IMG/VR virus record: IMGVR_UViG_3300047481_001036
Strand: one strand, 5' to 3'
Length of the DNA stretch: 64,000 bases
DNA from: a virus
The position numbers were made by a program, and so were the translations under genes. The notes below the pieces were generated by a model. It had not been told where the DNA came from, did not search any database, and saw nothing but the letters and a program-made list of their open reading frames with translations. The stretch's first letter is position 1. Each line of letters opens with the position of its first letter. This document shows positions 30,494 to 41,097 of this stretch, in pieces.

Positions 30494-31492
30494 TTATTTC
30501 TGTAAAGATTCATGTATATCTGGTAATTGACTATGTTTTAATTCTTTATGTTTATCTAAACTACTAAATCTTTCTCTAATAGCGGCCATGGCTTCTCCAG
30601 AATTCATATCAATAATTTCAGAAGCTGACTGCGCATTATCTGTGAATACGAACACTTCTTGAGCCTTACCTAGCTTAGGATTAGATTTTAATAGTTCTTC
30701 TTGTTGCTTATTCTTCTCATTGGCTCTAGATTGAGTAATCATCCATCCGTCCAGCATATCATCATCTGCTATAACAGAATCTGCTGGTTTTTCTGGATGA
30801 CTAAAAACACTGTCATACATACTACTAAAGCCAGCTAACGATCTTTGTTCATCTGTCCATTCAGAAACAGGTCCCTCGAATATATCTCCTTTACTAATAG
30901 TCCAATATGATCTCCATAGATCTGATCTAGCAAGTTGCCTATATGACATTGGGCTAATTGTTTGTTGATTAATTTCTAATAGTAATGCGCTAAATAATGT
31001 ATAAGAATTAGTTATAGACTTAAACACTTTGCGTTTTTTATAGTAAAGAGTATTAGATACTATAAATTCATTCCTTACGCTATCAGCATAACCTTCTAAA
31101 GTTTGAGCTTTATATGTTTGTTGTGTCATATAAATATTATTAACTCTATCTCTAATATTCGATAGTTGATTCCTGATACGTTTAGACTGATTACTATTAT
31201 ATCTATTAGTATAAAGAGCAACCTTAAGATCTTCTATTTGTTTATTAGATTTATTAAGATAATTAGACATTTCCCTATCCCATACTCCTAAAAATATCAT
31301 ATATCTTTCTAAATTTTCTTCTCTAATCCATTCATTATATTTTTCATCATTAATAATATTATTATAAAGTATACTTGACTGATATTTGATTTGATTGGAT
31401 GGTTGTGTCAAACAATATTCTTTACCATCATATGAAAAAATCAAACGACCAGTTAATATTCTATATAAAGTAGATTCAATTTCGTGGCTCAT
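30494..31492 (-). CDS. Probable tail assembly chaperone-like protein
   Basis: 332 aa between tube genes and TMP; HPEKPxxxVIxDDDMLDGW motif. Confidence 0.5.
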   Translation of the reverse strand: MSHEIESTLYRILTGRLIFSYDGKEYCLTQPSNQIKYQSSILYNNIINDEKYNEWIREENLERYMIFLGVWDREMSNYLNKSNKQIEDLKVALYTNRYNSNQSKRIRNQLSNIRDRVNNIYMTQQTYKAQTLEGYADSVRNEFIVSNTLYYKKRKVFKSITNSYTLFSALLLEINQQTISPMSYRQLARSDLWRSYWTISKGDIFEGPVSEWTDEQRSLAGFSSMYDSVFSHPEKPADSVIADDDMLDGWMITQSRANEKNKQQEELLKSNPKLGKAQEVFVFTDNAQSASEIIDMNSGEAMAAIRERFSSLDKHKELKHSQLPDIHESLQK

Positions 31493-31652
31493 TAACTATT
31501 TGATTATCCTTAGAGGCTGATACTATCTTTGTTTTTAGTAAAGATATTTCGTTATCCTTGTCCTTAACCTGTTTTTGTAGAGACTCTATGTATTTTTGAG
31601 TATTGTACATATCTACATACAGTCTTCCTATAACACTAAATAATTCGTCCAT
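31476..31652 (-). CDS. Small coiled-coil protein (58 aa)
   Basis: Hand-translated MDELFSVIGRLYVDMYNTQKYIESLQKQVKDKDNEI...; AGGA upstream; fills the gap. Confidence 0.6.
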   Translation of the reverse strand: MDELFSVIGRLYVDMYNTQKYIESLQKQVKDKDNEISLLKTKIVSASKDNQIVNEPRN

Positions 31653-31701
31653 ATTAGTCCTAATCCTATATTAAAATCTTATAATCTTGTACTTAATCTA
31701 A

Positions 31702-32802
31702 TTACAGAGCCGATGTGTTAGCATACGAACCAGAAGCATTAATGTAAAAATCATTATAGTTTCTAAAACTATAAGTAATAGTAGCATTACCTCCGCCCGT
31801 ATCTCCTCCTGTATAATTAACAGAAGTTAGCTGGTTACCAGAACCTAAGTATAGATTGAGACTACCATTTCCACTACCACATACATTAATATTAATTGGC
31901 AAGGGTCGTAGGTTACTATAATTAACATTACAACCGCTTTCTGCTAAAAAGTCTTTGGCGGTGACTAGATCTCCTACGGTGCCCATAACCTCAAACTCCG
32001 ATGTAACTTCTACTGGAAATGTTACATAGCGAGTTCTAGGAGCAAAAGATCCTAGTTCATTGATGCTTTCACGACCAAGACTTGCACTAACTGTAATATT
32101 TTGAAAATATAAACCACCACTAGCTTTAGGATATATACCTCCTACACCAGTTGGTAAAACCGATCCCTCTATATTTACAAATTGTCTACGAGCTAACTTT
32201 TGTGCTGTTTTTGATGATTCAGTCTGGGTGAATGCTGTCATAGCACCCATGCCGCTATCATTCATGCTCCATTTTTTACTGTTACCAACAAGAGTTAATT
32301 CTTCCGTTGCTGTGCCGTCTATCGGGAATGTAAAATTTAAATTAGATACATACATTCTTTCGCACAAAACATACGAATCAGTAGTGCCGTCTGTTGTACT
32401 TTTGGTATCATCATAAATACCTAGTCTAAAATCCACTACATTGTTAGCTAATCCGCCAAAACCTTTAGTCTGTTGTTCGGCTGTAGAATATACATTACTA
32501 AGATTAGCTCCGGCAACACCAGAAACTCCACCCATGCACATAAGATATAATGGAGCCCTGCCATCTACTAGTTTACTAATTGTAACTTCTACGTTTGGTA
32601 AGTTTTCTGAAATATTATATAGATCGATAGCTCCTAATTGAAAAGCTTGTTCTGTGTCAAAGTTAGTAGTCATACCAACGCTTTGTACGCCTGGAGGCTG
32701 ATACCAAGTAGTATAATAAGAAATGGAACCATTACTAGCAGGAGTTCCTGGCTTAACTTGTGCTACCTGTGATCCGTAAAAAATTCTATTATTATTAGCC
32801 AT
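31702..32802 (-). CDS. Major tail tube protein paralog 3
   Basis: RIFYxSQ...GVQSVGMTTNF...GGDTGGGN shared with two neighbours; position between neck genes and TMP. Confidence 0.7.
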   Translation of the reverse strand: MANNNRIFYGSQVAQVKPGTPASNGSISYYTTWYQPPGVQSVGMTTNFDTEQAFQLGAIDLYNISENLPNVEVTISKLVDGRAPLYLMCMGGVSGVAGANLSNVYSTAEQQTKGFGGLANNVVDFRLGIYDDTKSTTDGTTDSYVLCERMYVSNLNFTFPIDGTATEELTLVGNSKKWSMNDSGMGAMTAFTQTESSKTAQKLARRQFVNIEGSVLPTGVGGIYPKASGGLYFQNITVSASLGRESINELGSFAPRTRYVTFPVEVTSEFEVMGTVGDLVTAKDFLAESGCNVNYSNLRPLPININVCGSGNGSLNLYLGSGNQLTSVNYTGGDTGGGNATITYSFRNYNDFYINASGSYANTSAL

Positions 32803-32823
32803 GTAAACTTCTCCGTTAATTAA

Positions 32824-34053
32824 TTAGGTAAATGTAGCTTGTGAAGACAAGTCTATGGAACTAGCATCAGAGAACTCTGTAAAGTCTGCATATGAACCAA
32901 GAGGTATAACATTAAGTTTATTAAATGTCTGGAAGCTGAACGTAGTAGTAACATTACCACCACCAGTATCTCCTCCGGTATAATTCACTGACGTTAGCTT
33001 ATTCTTTTTGCCAAGGTCAATAACTAGCGAATCAGAATCAGTGCTTCCACATACTTTAATAACAATTTCTTTGTAATCTAAATTAGAAAAAGATGTTGTG
33101 CAACCAGAGGCTTCGTCGAAACTATCAGCATCGACTAGATCTCCACTAACTGAAATAATCTCGAATTCGGACGTAACTTCAACAGGAAGTGCCGTATATT
33201 TATAATATGGTCCAAAAAATCCTAATTCGTTAATATTTTCTCTATTCAAACTAGCATTAATACTAATACTTTGAATAATAGGTTTTTTCTCAGCAGCACT
33301 AGCGCCCACAATAGGAATACCTCCTCTTGTGCCTGTTGGCAAAACACAGAAATTGATAGATGCAGGAGAATCTAATTTACCATCAGCATCTCTGGACGGA
33401 GCTGCAACATCTCCTCCTGTTATAGCAACATACTGTCTGCGAGCTAAGAAACTAGTACCACTACCATAAGGAGTAGCATTGTCATCAGTTAATAAATCTG
33501 ATGCTTGACCGGGAACATTTCCTCCCTTAAGCCATGTTTTATTAGTACCTACAAGAGTTACCTCTTCTGTGGCATTACCGTCTACTGTAAAATTATATCC
33601 GATACTAGATAGATACATGCCGCTGCACATCGTATGATAAACAGCAACACCGGTAGCATAAGGTTCTGTATCAGAGAATACTGCAAATCTTACATTAACC
33701 ATACTATTTGCAGCTTCAATAAGATCTTTATTAACAGTTTTAAGATTTGATCCGTCCGGAGTAGCAGTACAAATAGAGTATAAAGGAGCGGTGCCATCAA
33801 TAAGTTTAGATAATGTTACTTCTACTTCAGGAGCTGTTTCTGTTTGAGAATAAATTTTTAGTGTTCCTAATTGAGACACAGGCTCTGTATTAAAATTAGT
33901 AGTAATACCAGCGCTTTGTAATCCTCTTGGCTGTACCCAAGAACCATATGCAATATAGTCGCTTGGCTGTCTATAGTCGTGAGCGTTACCAGTTGTTACT
34001 GGTTGTAAATGAATGCCCTGAGATGCATAAAAAATTCTTTTGTTGTCTGACAT
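32824..34053 (-). CDS. Major tail tube protein paralog 2
   Basis: Same motifs as neighbours. Confidence 0.7.
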   Translation of the reverse strand: MSDNKRIFYASQGIHLQPVTTGNAHDYRQPSDYIAYGSWVQPRGLQSAGITTNFNTEPVSQLGTLKIYSQTETAPEVEVTLSKLIDGTAPLYSICTATPDGSNLKTVNKDLIEAANSMVNVRFAVFSDTEPYATGVAVYHTMCSGMYLSSIGYNFTVDGNATEEVTLVGTNKTWLKGGNVPGQASDLLTDDNATPYGSGTSFLARRQYVAITGGDVAAPSRDADGKLDSPASINFCVLPTGTRGGIPIVGASAAEKKPIIQSISINASLNRENINELGFFGPYYKYTALPVEVTSEFEIISVSGDLVDADSFDEASGCTTSFSNLDYKEIVIKVCGSTDSDSLVIDLGKKNKLTSVNYTGGDTGGGNVTTTFSFQTFNKLNVIPLGSYADFTEFSDASSIDLSSQATFT

Positions 34054-34068
34054 TATTAATCTCCAGAA

Positions 34069-35262
34069 TTATTGATCTGTGTTGAAATAGTTATAAGATA
34101 CTGCTGGTGCAACTGGGGCAGACTCGGGCAAGCTTTGCATACTTAGAGTATTACTAGCAATATTGAGACCGTCTTTGTATGTTCCGCTAGCTTGAATAGT
34201 AAAATTATTGAAATTTCTAAAGCTATATGTGACCATAACATTTCCACCACCAGTATCCCCACCTGTCTGATTGATAGAAGTTAAAGTATTTTTGTAGCCA
34301 AGATCAAATGCCATAGTATTAGATGCTGTAGTAGAATCTCCATCACAAATTACAACCCTAATAGGATGCTGTTTTAGATTACTTTTTGAACCATTGCAGA
34401 ATGATTGACCAAGAAAGTCATCAGCATCCACACCATCTCCATCTGTTGACATTACTTCAAATTCTGATGTTACTTCGATAGGAAAGTTAGTATAACGACA
34501 ATAAGGAGCAAAACGCCCTAGTTGATTAATACTTTCTCTTCCTAGAGATGCGCTAATAGTAATGTTCTGGAAGTGTGGCATTTTATCTCCGCCGGGTTGT
34601 CTAATGCCGCTCGGACCAATAGGTAAAGTAGAATTTACAATATCAACGTATTGTTTTCTGAGAATTCCGCTAGCTGTTGTGGGAGTAATTGCTCCTACTG
34701 TTGTACTTGGATTAAAAATATTCCCGACATTAAAAGAGGAATCTCCTAAGAAAGCTCCAGTATTCCATATTTTATGGTTACCAACAAGAGTAACTTCTTC
34801 TGTAGCATTACCTTCGATAGGAATAGTATAGTTAAAACTAGATAAATACATACCACTACAAACAACATACTGAGATGCAGTATTAGAAATAAATTGATTA
34901 GCACTTTCATAAATACCAAGTCTAAAATTTACTCTATTATTTGCTAATGATACTAACTGTTTATTTTCGGCTCCGTCAACTCCGTCCTTGCCTCCCATAC
35001 ACATAAGATATAGGGGTGCTGTTGTATCTATAACTCTGTTAAGAGTTACTTCTACTTCTGGGATAGACTCAACATTATCATACAGTTCAACGGTGCCTAA
35101 TTGGAATGCTGGCTCCAAAGCAAAGTTTGTTGTCATAGACACGCTTTGTAGACCGAGAGGCTGATACCAACCACTATAAATATCAGACGAAGATGTTGGC
35201 GTGGCAGTTTGTGGTCTTAGTTGTGCTGTTTGTGAGGCGTAATAAATTCTACTGTTAGGCAT
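34069..35262 (-). CDS. Major tail tube protein paralog 1
   Basis: Same motifs as neighbours. Confidence 0.7.
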   Translation of the reverse strand: MPNSRIYYASQTAQLRPQTATPTSSSDIYSGWYQPLGLQSVSMTTNFALEPAFQLGTVELYDNVESIPEVEVTLNRVIDTTAPLYLMCMGGKDGVDGAENKQLVSLANNRVNFRLGIYESANQFISNTASQYVVCSGMYLSSFNYTIPIEGNATEEVTLVGNHKIWNTGAFLGDSSFNVGNIFNPSTTVGAITPTTASGILRKQYVDIVNSTLPIGPSGIRQPGGDKMPHFQNITISASLGRESINQLGRFAPYCRYTNFPIEVTSEFEVMSTDGDGVDADDFLGQSFCNGSKSNLKQHPIRVVICDGDSTTASNTMAFDLGYKNTLTSINQTGGDTGGGNVMVTYSFRNFNNFTIQASGTYKDGLNIASNTLSMQSLPESAPVAPAVSYNYFNTDQ

Positions 35263-35313
35263 ATTTAGCTCCCATATTATGGATTGTATAGAGTATACTA
35301 CACCAAAAATTGT

Positions 35314-36060
35314 TTAATAGCTTAGTAGTGTCTCAGATTCTGTGCGAATAGCATCTAAAAGATTATTGTTTATAGATTTAGCTACTATATAGTTTTGTAC
35401 ACTAATAGTTAAACCATATAAATTATCAAGATTTTTAACCATAGCAATGTGAGGCATTTGATGTAGTACTACTGATTCATTAATGTTTAATAGGTCTGTA
35501 TTTAAATGCTCGTAATCTGAAGATTTATACACCAAAAGATATGAGCATTGTGATTTAGATAAGTTAGTAGACAATACATGATCTATACTATCATTTAGGC
35601 TCATATCTTCCAAGAAATTATGTATTTTCCAGGTTGTATTTGGTATTTTTGATGATATATTATCGTAAATAGTGTCTATCGTTTGGTTAGATTTATTTCT
35701 AAATAACATAGACATAAATTTGGGATGAAAATTAGACTGTGACAAATGGTCAATAATAAGGCCAACATCCGGTCCTTCTGGCACACAATCCATAATTAGA
35801 TAGATGGGCAGTTTAGCATTATTATCTATTTTAGACAATAGGTCAATTTTATCAAATTCTTCCTTATGTTTTTCGTAGATCTCTTTAGAGAAACCAAATC
35901 TACATGCATAATTATGTATAGTATTATAATTACTAGAGTCTAAAGTAATATCTTTATGGTCTATAATTTTTTTAATAATATCTCTTTGACATCCTGCTAT
36001 TTTTTTATCATCAAGAACCTGATTAGCAAACATACATTGAGAACAATTGGTATTAACCAT
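35314..36060 (-). CDS. Hypothetical protein with N-terminal CxxC
   Basis: 248-aa ORF in operon. Confidence 0.6.
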   Translation of the reverse strand: MVNTNCSQCMFANQVLDDKKIAGCQRDIIKKIIDHKDITLDSSNYNTIHNYACRFGFSKEIYEKHKEEFDKIDLLSKIDNNAKLPIYLIMDCVPEGPDVGLIIDHLSQSNFHPKFMSMLFRNKSNQTIDTIYDNISSKIPNTTWKIHNFLEDMSLNDSIDHVLSTNLSKSQCSYLLVYKSSDYEHLNTDLLNINESVVLHQMPHIAMVKNLDNLYGLTISVQNYIVAKSINNNLLDAIRTESETLLSY

Positions 36061-36069
36061 AATTATTTC

Positions 36070-37008
36070 CTAGGGTAAAATTTCCATGGACCATCTTACA
36101 ACACCATTATAAAGAGAAGAACTCAATGTGTTAAGTTCTACTATAGTGCTATTTTTAATCATTACCCAATTATTTTTATATAAGCTAACCGCTTCTGGAT
36201 AATTAATTCCGCTAGGATTTATTTCTCCCGAAATTTTTAGTTCTGTTTTGTTAGCTTTAACTATTTGATTAGTATCATATAGCCAAAAGGTATTATCTTT
36301 TTGTACTAATAATGTATCTATAATAGAATTTCTTTGATTAGCATTTTGCGTAAAAATATGTAATAACAAATCTTGAGTTACTATGTTTTCTGTAGTTCCT
36401 AGCTCATAAGGAGACAATATGGTTCTAGGAATTAATTCTATTACAATAGCTGGTAATTGAACCCTATGATTGGCTGCAATACTATATTCGTTTGTTTGTT
36501 TAAAATTATCCGGATTGTAGGTTTCTTTCTGTACTTCTTTCCACCAAGCAGCATCACTAGATTTATATATTTGAATATATTTATGAGAATAAGCAGCTAC
36601 TACAGTAGAAGATGGCGCTACATTAAAGCTAAAATTAATTCTACCTAATGGATAATTAATACTATAGCCATAACTACCACTACCGGTAGGCGCTGGTAAA
36701 AATGTATTATTCAAATAGACACCGGAAAATATAGCTGGTGAACTACCATTATAATTAACGCCGGATTCGTATACCCAATCTTTTCTAACAGCTTCCCATA
36801 TTCTACCAGATGGTACAGATGGATTGCTTACGGGTTTTAACACAGAAAAATTATTACTGGTATTAATACCACTAGTAGGAATAGATACATTAACATAACC
36901 TCCAATATTTAAGAAAGACCAATCTAGAAAACTTTTTATATTGTCTTCCAGACTAGACACTCTATCTTTAGACCCTATACTAGATACATGTTGAAATTGA
37001 TTGCTCAT
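36070..37008 (-). CDS. Probable tail terminator/neck protein
   Basis: 312 aa; QLPAIVIE motif and position before tube genes. Confidence 0.5.
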   Translation of the reverse strand: MSNQFQHVSSIGSKDRVSSLEDNIKSFLDWSFLNIGGYVNVSIPTSGINTSNNFSVLKPVSNPSVPSGRIWEAVRKDWVYESGVNYNGSSPAIFSGVYLNNTFLPAPTGSGSYGYSINYPLGRINFSFNVAPSSTVVAAYSHKYIQIYKSSDAAWWKEVQKETYNPDNFKQTNEYSIAANHRVQLPAIVIELIPRTILSPYELGTTENIVTQDLLLHIFTQNANQRNSIIDTLLVQKDNTFWLYDTNQIVKANKTELKISGEINPSGINYPEAVSLYKNNWVMIKNSTIVELNTLSSSLYNGVVRWSMEILP

Positions 37009-37649
37009 AAATATTTCTCTATAGTATTTTGTATGAGATTATAAATAGACTTATCTATAGTAGATACTGCTCTAGTAGTCCAGTTATCATTTTGCGACCC
37101 TGCAAACTCTGGAGGTACTCTCCAACTATCTTTAGACGGTACCATAATTGCCATTCCGGATCTAGAATACGGTGATGATCCGTATTTTACTGAATAATTC
37201 TTAACTATAGGAGTATTACTACGCAATAGTAACCACTCTAACCAAGGTAAAGAATATCCTTTAGCATCAACTACTGAGCTGATATTAGCATATATTACTC
37301 CTCCAAGATCATCAGATTTCATCATAGTCATGACAAAACCTCCTTTAATCCCGTTATTATTTGATGACAATGGTTGCTTGCTTACTTGTATAGTATTGAC
37401 TAAAGCATCAACTACAAGATCTACTACAGAAGAATCTGGTATGCCTAATTCTGCTTTAAGTTTACCGCTAATTAATGAGGCATATTCTGGTTCTTGTTTT
37501 AAAGCTTCTTTTACTATGCTTTTTATACCTTCGGTAATAGGAGATAAACTTTTATCAATAACAATAGAAAGCTTGTCTATGATAGATTTCAATATCATAG
37601 ATTTTATTTGATCATCAGACTCTAATAAATTAAGACTGAATTTCATTTT
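37005..37649 (-). CDS. Probable neck/tail-completion protein
   Basis: LPWLEWLL...WRVPPEFAG...NWTTRA; synteny; start uncertain (37658 or 37646). Confidence 0.45.
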   Translation of the reverse strand, partial: KMKFSLNLLESDDQIKSMILKSIIDKLSIVIDKSLSPITEGIKSIVKEALKQEPEYASLISGKLKAELGIPDSSVVDLVVDALVNTIQVSKQPLSSNNNGIKGGFVMTMMKSDDLGGVIYANISSVVDAKGYSLPWLEWLLLRSNTPIVKNYSVKYGSSPYSRSGMAIMVPSKDSWRVPPEFAGSQNDNWTTRAVSTIDKSIYNLIQNTIEKYL

Positions 37650-38179
37650 CTTTTCCACATAGTAATAATATAACCATTATTTCCGAAACCAACTGGTTCA
37701 GGATCTCCTGCTTTTTCATAGGTATAGTTTCCAGAGTCTACAAGAGAAGTATCTATAACTATATCGGTAGCAGCTCTTATTTTAGATAATAAATCTATTT
37801 TACATAGCGTCTGCACCATACCGTTAGGTATGTTAAGATTAATATTAGCTACTTTATTTATCCAATATTTACTATCAAAAATACAAGCCAAATAAACATC
37901 GTCTTCTACATGATCTATATTATATGATCCCATACCCATACATACAGGACATATAGAACCTTCTGCGAATGGATTGGGGCCGGTACCGTTGTATATGTTG
38001 GCGGACAATCTTGATATAGGGTCAAATACGCAATTATTACATAAAGTAGTATTAAACTGATTAGAATATCTTAATTTACATCTTCTTGTAAGAGCAGAAT
38101 CTTGCAGCAATGCATCGATAGCATTGTTAAATAATTGTTTAAATTCAGGACTGATAATGTTGTTAAATGTATTACTCAT
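37643..38179 (-). CDS. Probable head-closure protein with two CxxC motifs
   Basis: CNNC...CPVCMGMG; synteny. Confidence 0.5.
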   Translation of the reverse strand: MSNTFNNIISPEFKQLFNNAIDALLQDSALTRRCKLRYSNQFNTTLCNNCVFDPISRLSANIYNGTGPNPFAEGSICPVCMGMGSYNIDHVEDDVYLACIFDSKYWINKVANINLNIPNGMVQTLCKIDLLSKIRAATDIVIDTSLVDSGNYTYEKAGDPEPVGFGNNGYIITMWKRK

Positions 38180-38366
38180 TAATTGTAACTATTTCGGAGT
38201 TAAGCTCGGGAGACATGATACTATCTGTATAAGTTAGTGAATAATTATCAACATATTGTGTATCTCTAATTGTAATTGTATTAGATATAGTATTGTACTC
38301 TAATAGCTCTTTCATTTGTAGTCTAATATCTAATAAATACTGATTGATAATAGATGTTAAAATCAT
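38172..38366 (-). CDS. Hypothetical protein
   Basis: Fills gap; likely start MILTS overlapping upstream stop. Confidence 0.4.
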   Translation of the reverse strand: MILTSIINQYLLDIRLQMKELLEYNTISNTITIRDTQYVDNYSLTYTDSIMSPELNSEIVTINE

Positions 38367-39367
38367 AAGTCTTCTGCTGGTGAATGAGTTAGAATTAATT
38401 TCCAAGAATCTATTAGTCCAGATCCTATTGGATCAGTATCTTTCACAATCAAGTTCCATGTTCCTGTTACTGGCACTCCAAATAAATGATCGAAGCTAGA
38501 CAATAATGTTTCATTAGAAAAATTAATATCAGATTTTTTATCATAAATATTAATTAATCCTCCGTTGGTTGTATTATGTAAATAGTCTGTATCATTTGCT
38601 TTATTTGAGAACATAAAGCTAAAGTTATTATTATAATTTTTAATTTTGCTATTAGCAGATAACAGTATTTTATCTCCTGATGGAGGAGCCAAAACAAATA
38701 CTAAATCTGATGGACTTTGATGTTGTAATTTATTTATAGCTAATTCTATATTTTCAATTGGCCTAGAGTCTGTGGTATTTATACTACCACTAACCAAACA
38801 TAAGTCTGGTAATACCAAAGAAGATCCTGTGTGAACTACCGAGTATACATCTAAATCTATACAGTCGTCTGGTAAACATAAATCAGAGTTTTCTGGAGTA
38901 GTTGATACAGTAGGTGTGACTTGATTATCTGAAGGAGTTGGTGTTAAAGTGACAAGATTTATATTAGGATCTAAACTAGCAGGACAACTGGATGCGAGTG
39001 CCAGATTTCTTTTAACTAAAGTAATAGTACCAGTAGACAATCTAACATTTCTAAGCTTATTATTTAGAGAAATAATATCTAAATCGTAAACGGCAGTATC
39101 AAAATTATAGTTTTGTGTTAAATTAGCGGATATTCTAAATCTAATTCTACCTCTATTATCTGCTGTTAATGACCAATCATGAAGATCATATTGGGCTAGA
39201 GCAGATGTAGAAAAAACTTGTTTATTTGTTTTTGCACTATCAATCCACTGCAAAACAACACATTTATCACTTAAATTTATAGGATTATTATTAGCATCAT
39301 TGTATTGAAAAAAAATTTCAAAATCTGATCCTTGCTCTAATAGAAAATTGTATGTAACTGCTGGCAT
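38363..39367 (-). CDS. Virion protein with C-terminal proprotein-convertase P-domain
   Basis: HQSPSDLVFVLAPPSG...GTWNLIVKD...GLIDSWKL; N-terminal EQGSDF...AVYDLDI module; Thr/Pro linker. Confidence 0.7.
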   Translation of the reverse strand: MPAVTYNFLLEQGSDFEIFFQYNDANNNPINLSDKCVVLQWIDSAKTNKQVFSTSALAQYDLHDWSLTADNRGRIRFRISANLTQNYNFDTAVYDLDIISLNNKLRNVRLSTGTITLVKRNLALASSCPASLDPNINLVTLTPTPSDNQVTPTVSTTPENSDLCLPDDCIDLDVYSVVHTGSSLVLPDLCLVSGSINTTDSRPIENIELAINKLQHQSPSDLVFVLAPPSGDKILLSANSKIKNYNNNFSFMFSNKANDTDYLHNTTNGGLINIYDKKSDINFSNETLLSSFDHLFGVPVTGTWNLIVKDTDPIGSGLIDSWKLILTHSPAEDL

Positions 39368-39392
39368 AAATAAACTCTTATATTAAAAAAGA

Positions 39393-39902
39393 TTAATAAA
39401 CTTCTCTATTCCGCATATATGTAGACAGTGATCTTGGATCGAACTTGTTGCCAACAAATGGACTAAGTATTGCTCTAACAGCCGTAGCTTCCTTAACATC
39501 CCAATGAGAAGCTAGTTCGTCATATGCTGCACAAGGGCCTTTATCTAAAATTAAATTCCAACCCGCTAAACTACCAGCAACACTTAATTGCGCCGGTCCT
39601 AGCGCAGCTCTGATACCTTCTAATGCTGCTCTGGTTCTCAAGGTGCTTTGATCTATTATACAAGCAGCTTTGAGACTAACTAAGCTGATAAAAATACTAT
39701 CGTCATTCGCTGTTGGATCCGGAGATATGCTACTATTGACAACATTAATTGTATATGTATTATCTAAAGACACGTCAAACTGAACATATTTAGCTGCTAC
39801 TGTGATTACTTGTAGTAATCTAGAATCGCTATAAACTGGCTGATCCCCAAGATCATTAATAAGAGTTCTAACAATAATTGGTATTTCTATAGTCCAGCTC
39901 AT
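39393..39902 (-). CDS. Probable head-tail adaptor
   Basis: VRTLINDL...YSDSRL; follows major capsid gene. Confidence 0.55.
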   Translation of the reverse strand: MSWTIEIPIIVRTLINDLGDQPVYSDSRLLQVITVAAKYVQFDVSLDNTYTINVVNSSISPDPTANDDSIFISLVSLKAACIIDQSTLRTRAALEGIRAALGPAQLSVAGSLAGWNLILDKGPCAAYDELASHWDVKEATAVRAILSPFVGNKFDPRSLSTYMRNREVY

Positions 39903-39998
39903 TTTTGACCTATCTGATATAGAATAATGGTATTAATACAATAAATTATACACCTTCACACTTCAATATGCTTATCGCTATACAATCACAATTATAAT

Positions 39999-40029
39999 AA
40001 AAAAAGGGCCGGGGTTTAACCCAGCCCTT
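39999..40029 (-). terminator. Intrinsic terminator after major capsid gene
   Basis: Minus strand GGGCTGGG-TTAAAC-CCCGGCCC followed by T7. Confidence 0.85.
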
Positions 40030-40058
40030 CTTTATTGATGTTATAAACTATCTAATTA

Positions 40059-41069
40059 TTATAGAGAACCGACGAGCACTCTACGGTTGTCTAGAACAGC
40101 AAAGCCGAGTTCGGCCCATCCATAAAATCCAGCTCTCTTTTGACGATGAAGAGTATCATCTTCAAAGATCTGAACTTCTTGGCGAACAGGCATAATAAAG
40201 CTGTCGCTCTTGCGAAGATCTAGACCAACCACGATCTCAGTATCACCAGCAGGTAATGATCCGCCTAGTGTAGAACTATAGAATAGTTGATACTGTTGAC
40301 CAACACCTAGTTCGTCAAGATCATGTAGATTGATGCCGAATACTCTGTTGAGAGTGCCATCAGCGGCAGTATAGATCTCTCTACGAGTAACTTCATCAAC
40401 TTGCTCAAGACCCCACTGACGAATATCTTCCATAGCTTCTGGAGAGATATAAAGGTCGGTTAACATACCACGATTAGCACTAGTACTGTTACCGCCTCCG
40501 TTACGACGCATAACGGTCTTCATGAGACTAACGAGTCTCTTTGTGAACTGATTAGAACCAGCATCACTATCATAAACTACGATGTTGCGATCAACACCAG
40601 CAGCAAGGATTGTGTGCCAGCCATCATCGTTCATCTTCTTAACGAATGAAGCTTCTAGAACTTCCATAGCACGACCAACAACGTCCCAACGGGCATCGCG
40701 AGCATACTTGAGGAGATAGTCGATGGATGCTCCAACATCATATGTTGGAACCATCACATAGTCACCCTCAACATGGCGCTCTGGAATATAGCCATGGTTT
40801 GGAATAGTATAGGCAACAAAGTCTTTCTCTGTGCCAGGAGCTAGAAAATCAAGAGGAAATTCTGGAGTAGCACTTTGAGCTAATTGGATTGGCTCGAAGA
40901 TACCATCTAGAATATCGCCACTTAAAACACCCTGACGTAGGGGAAGCTCTAGAGCCTTAGCAAATTCTGCATTAGCAGCTAGGGCCACCTCTCTGTTGGG
41001 TGAACCAGAACGAACTAGAAGATCTGTTAATTCTGGTGTTGGTTGAAATCTTTCGGTTTTGGCTGACAT
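40059..41069 (-). CDS. Major capsid protein (HK97-fold expected)
   Basis: 336 aa after scaffold and decoration genes; strong RBS; terminator downstream; C-terminal GFYGWAELGFAVLD. Confidence 0.8.
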   Translation of the reverse strand: MSAKTERFQPTPELTDLLVRSGSPNREVALAANAEFAKALELPLRQGVLSGDILDGIFEPIQLAQSATPEFPLDFLAPGTEKDFVAYTIPNHGYIPERHVEGDYVMVPTYDVGASIDYLLKYARDARWDVVGRAMEVLEASFVKKMNDDGWHTILAAGVDRNIVVYDSDAGSNQFTKRLVSLMKTVMRRNGGGNSTSANRGMLTDLYISPEAMEDIRQWGLEQVDEVTRREIYTAADGTLNRVFGINLHDLDELGVGQQYQLFYSSTLGGSLPAGDTEIVVGLDLRKSDSFIMPVRQEVQIFEDDTLHRQKRAGFYGWAELGFAVLDNRRVLVGSL

Positions 41070-41097
41070 GTGTTTATCTCCCTGTTATATAAGTGAT

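Noticed and set aside
29273-31652. Programmed -1 frameshift in tail chaperones
   Set aside because: No convincing slippery heptamer joining frames was identified; ORFs have their own starts
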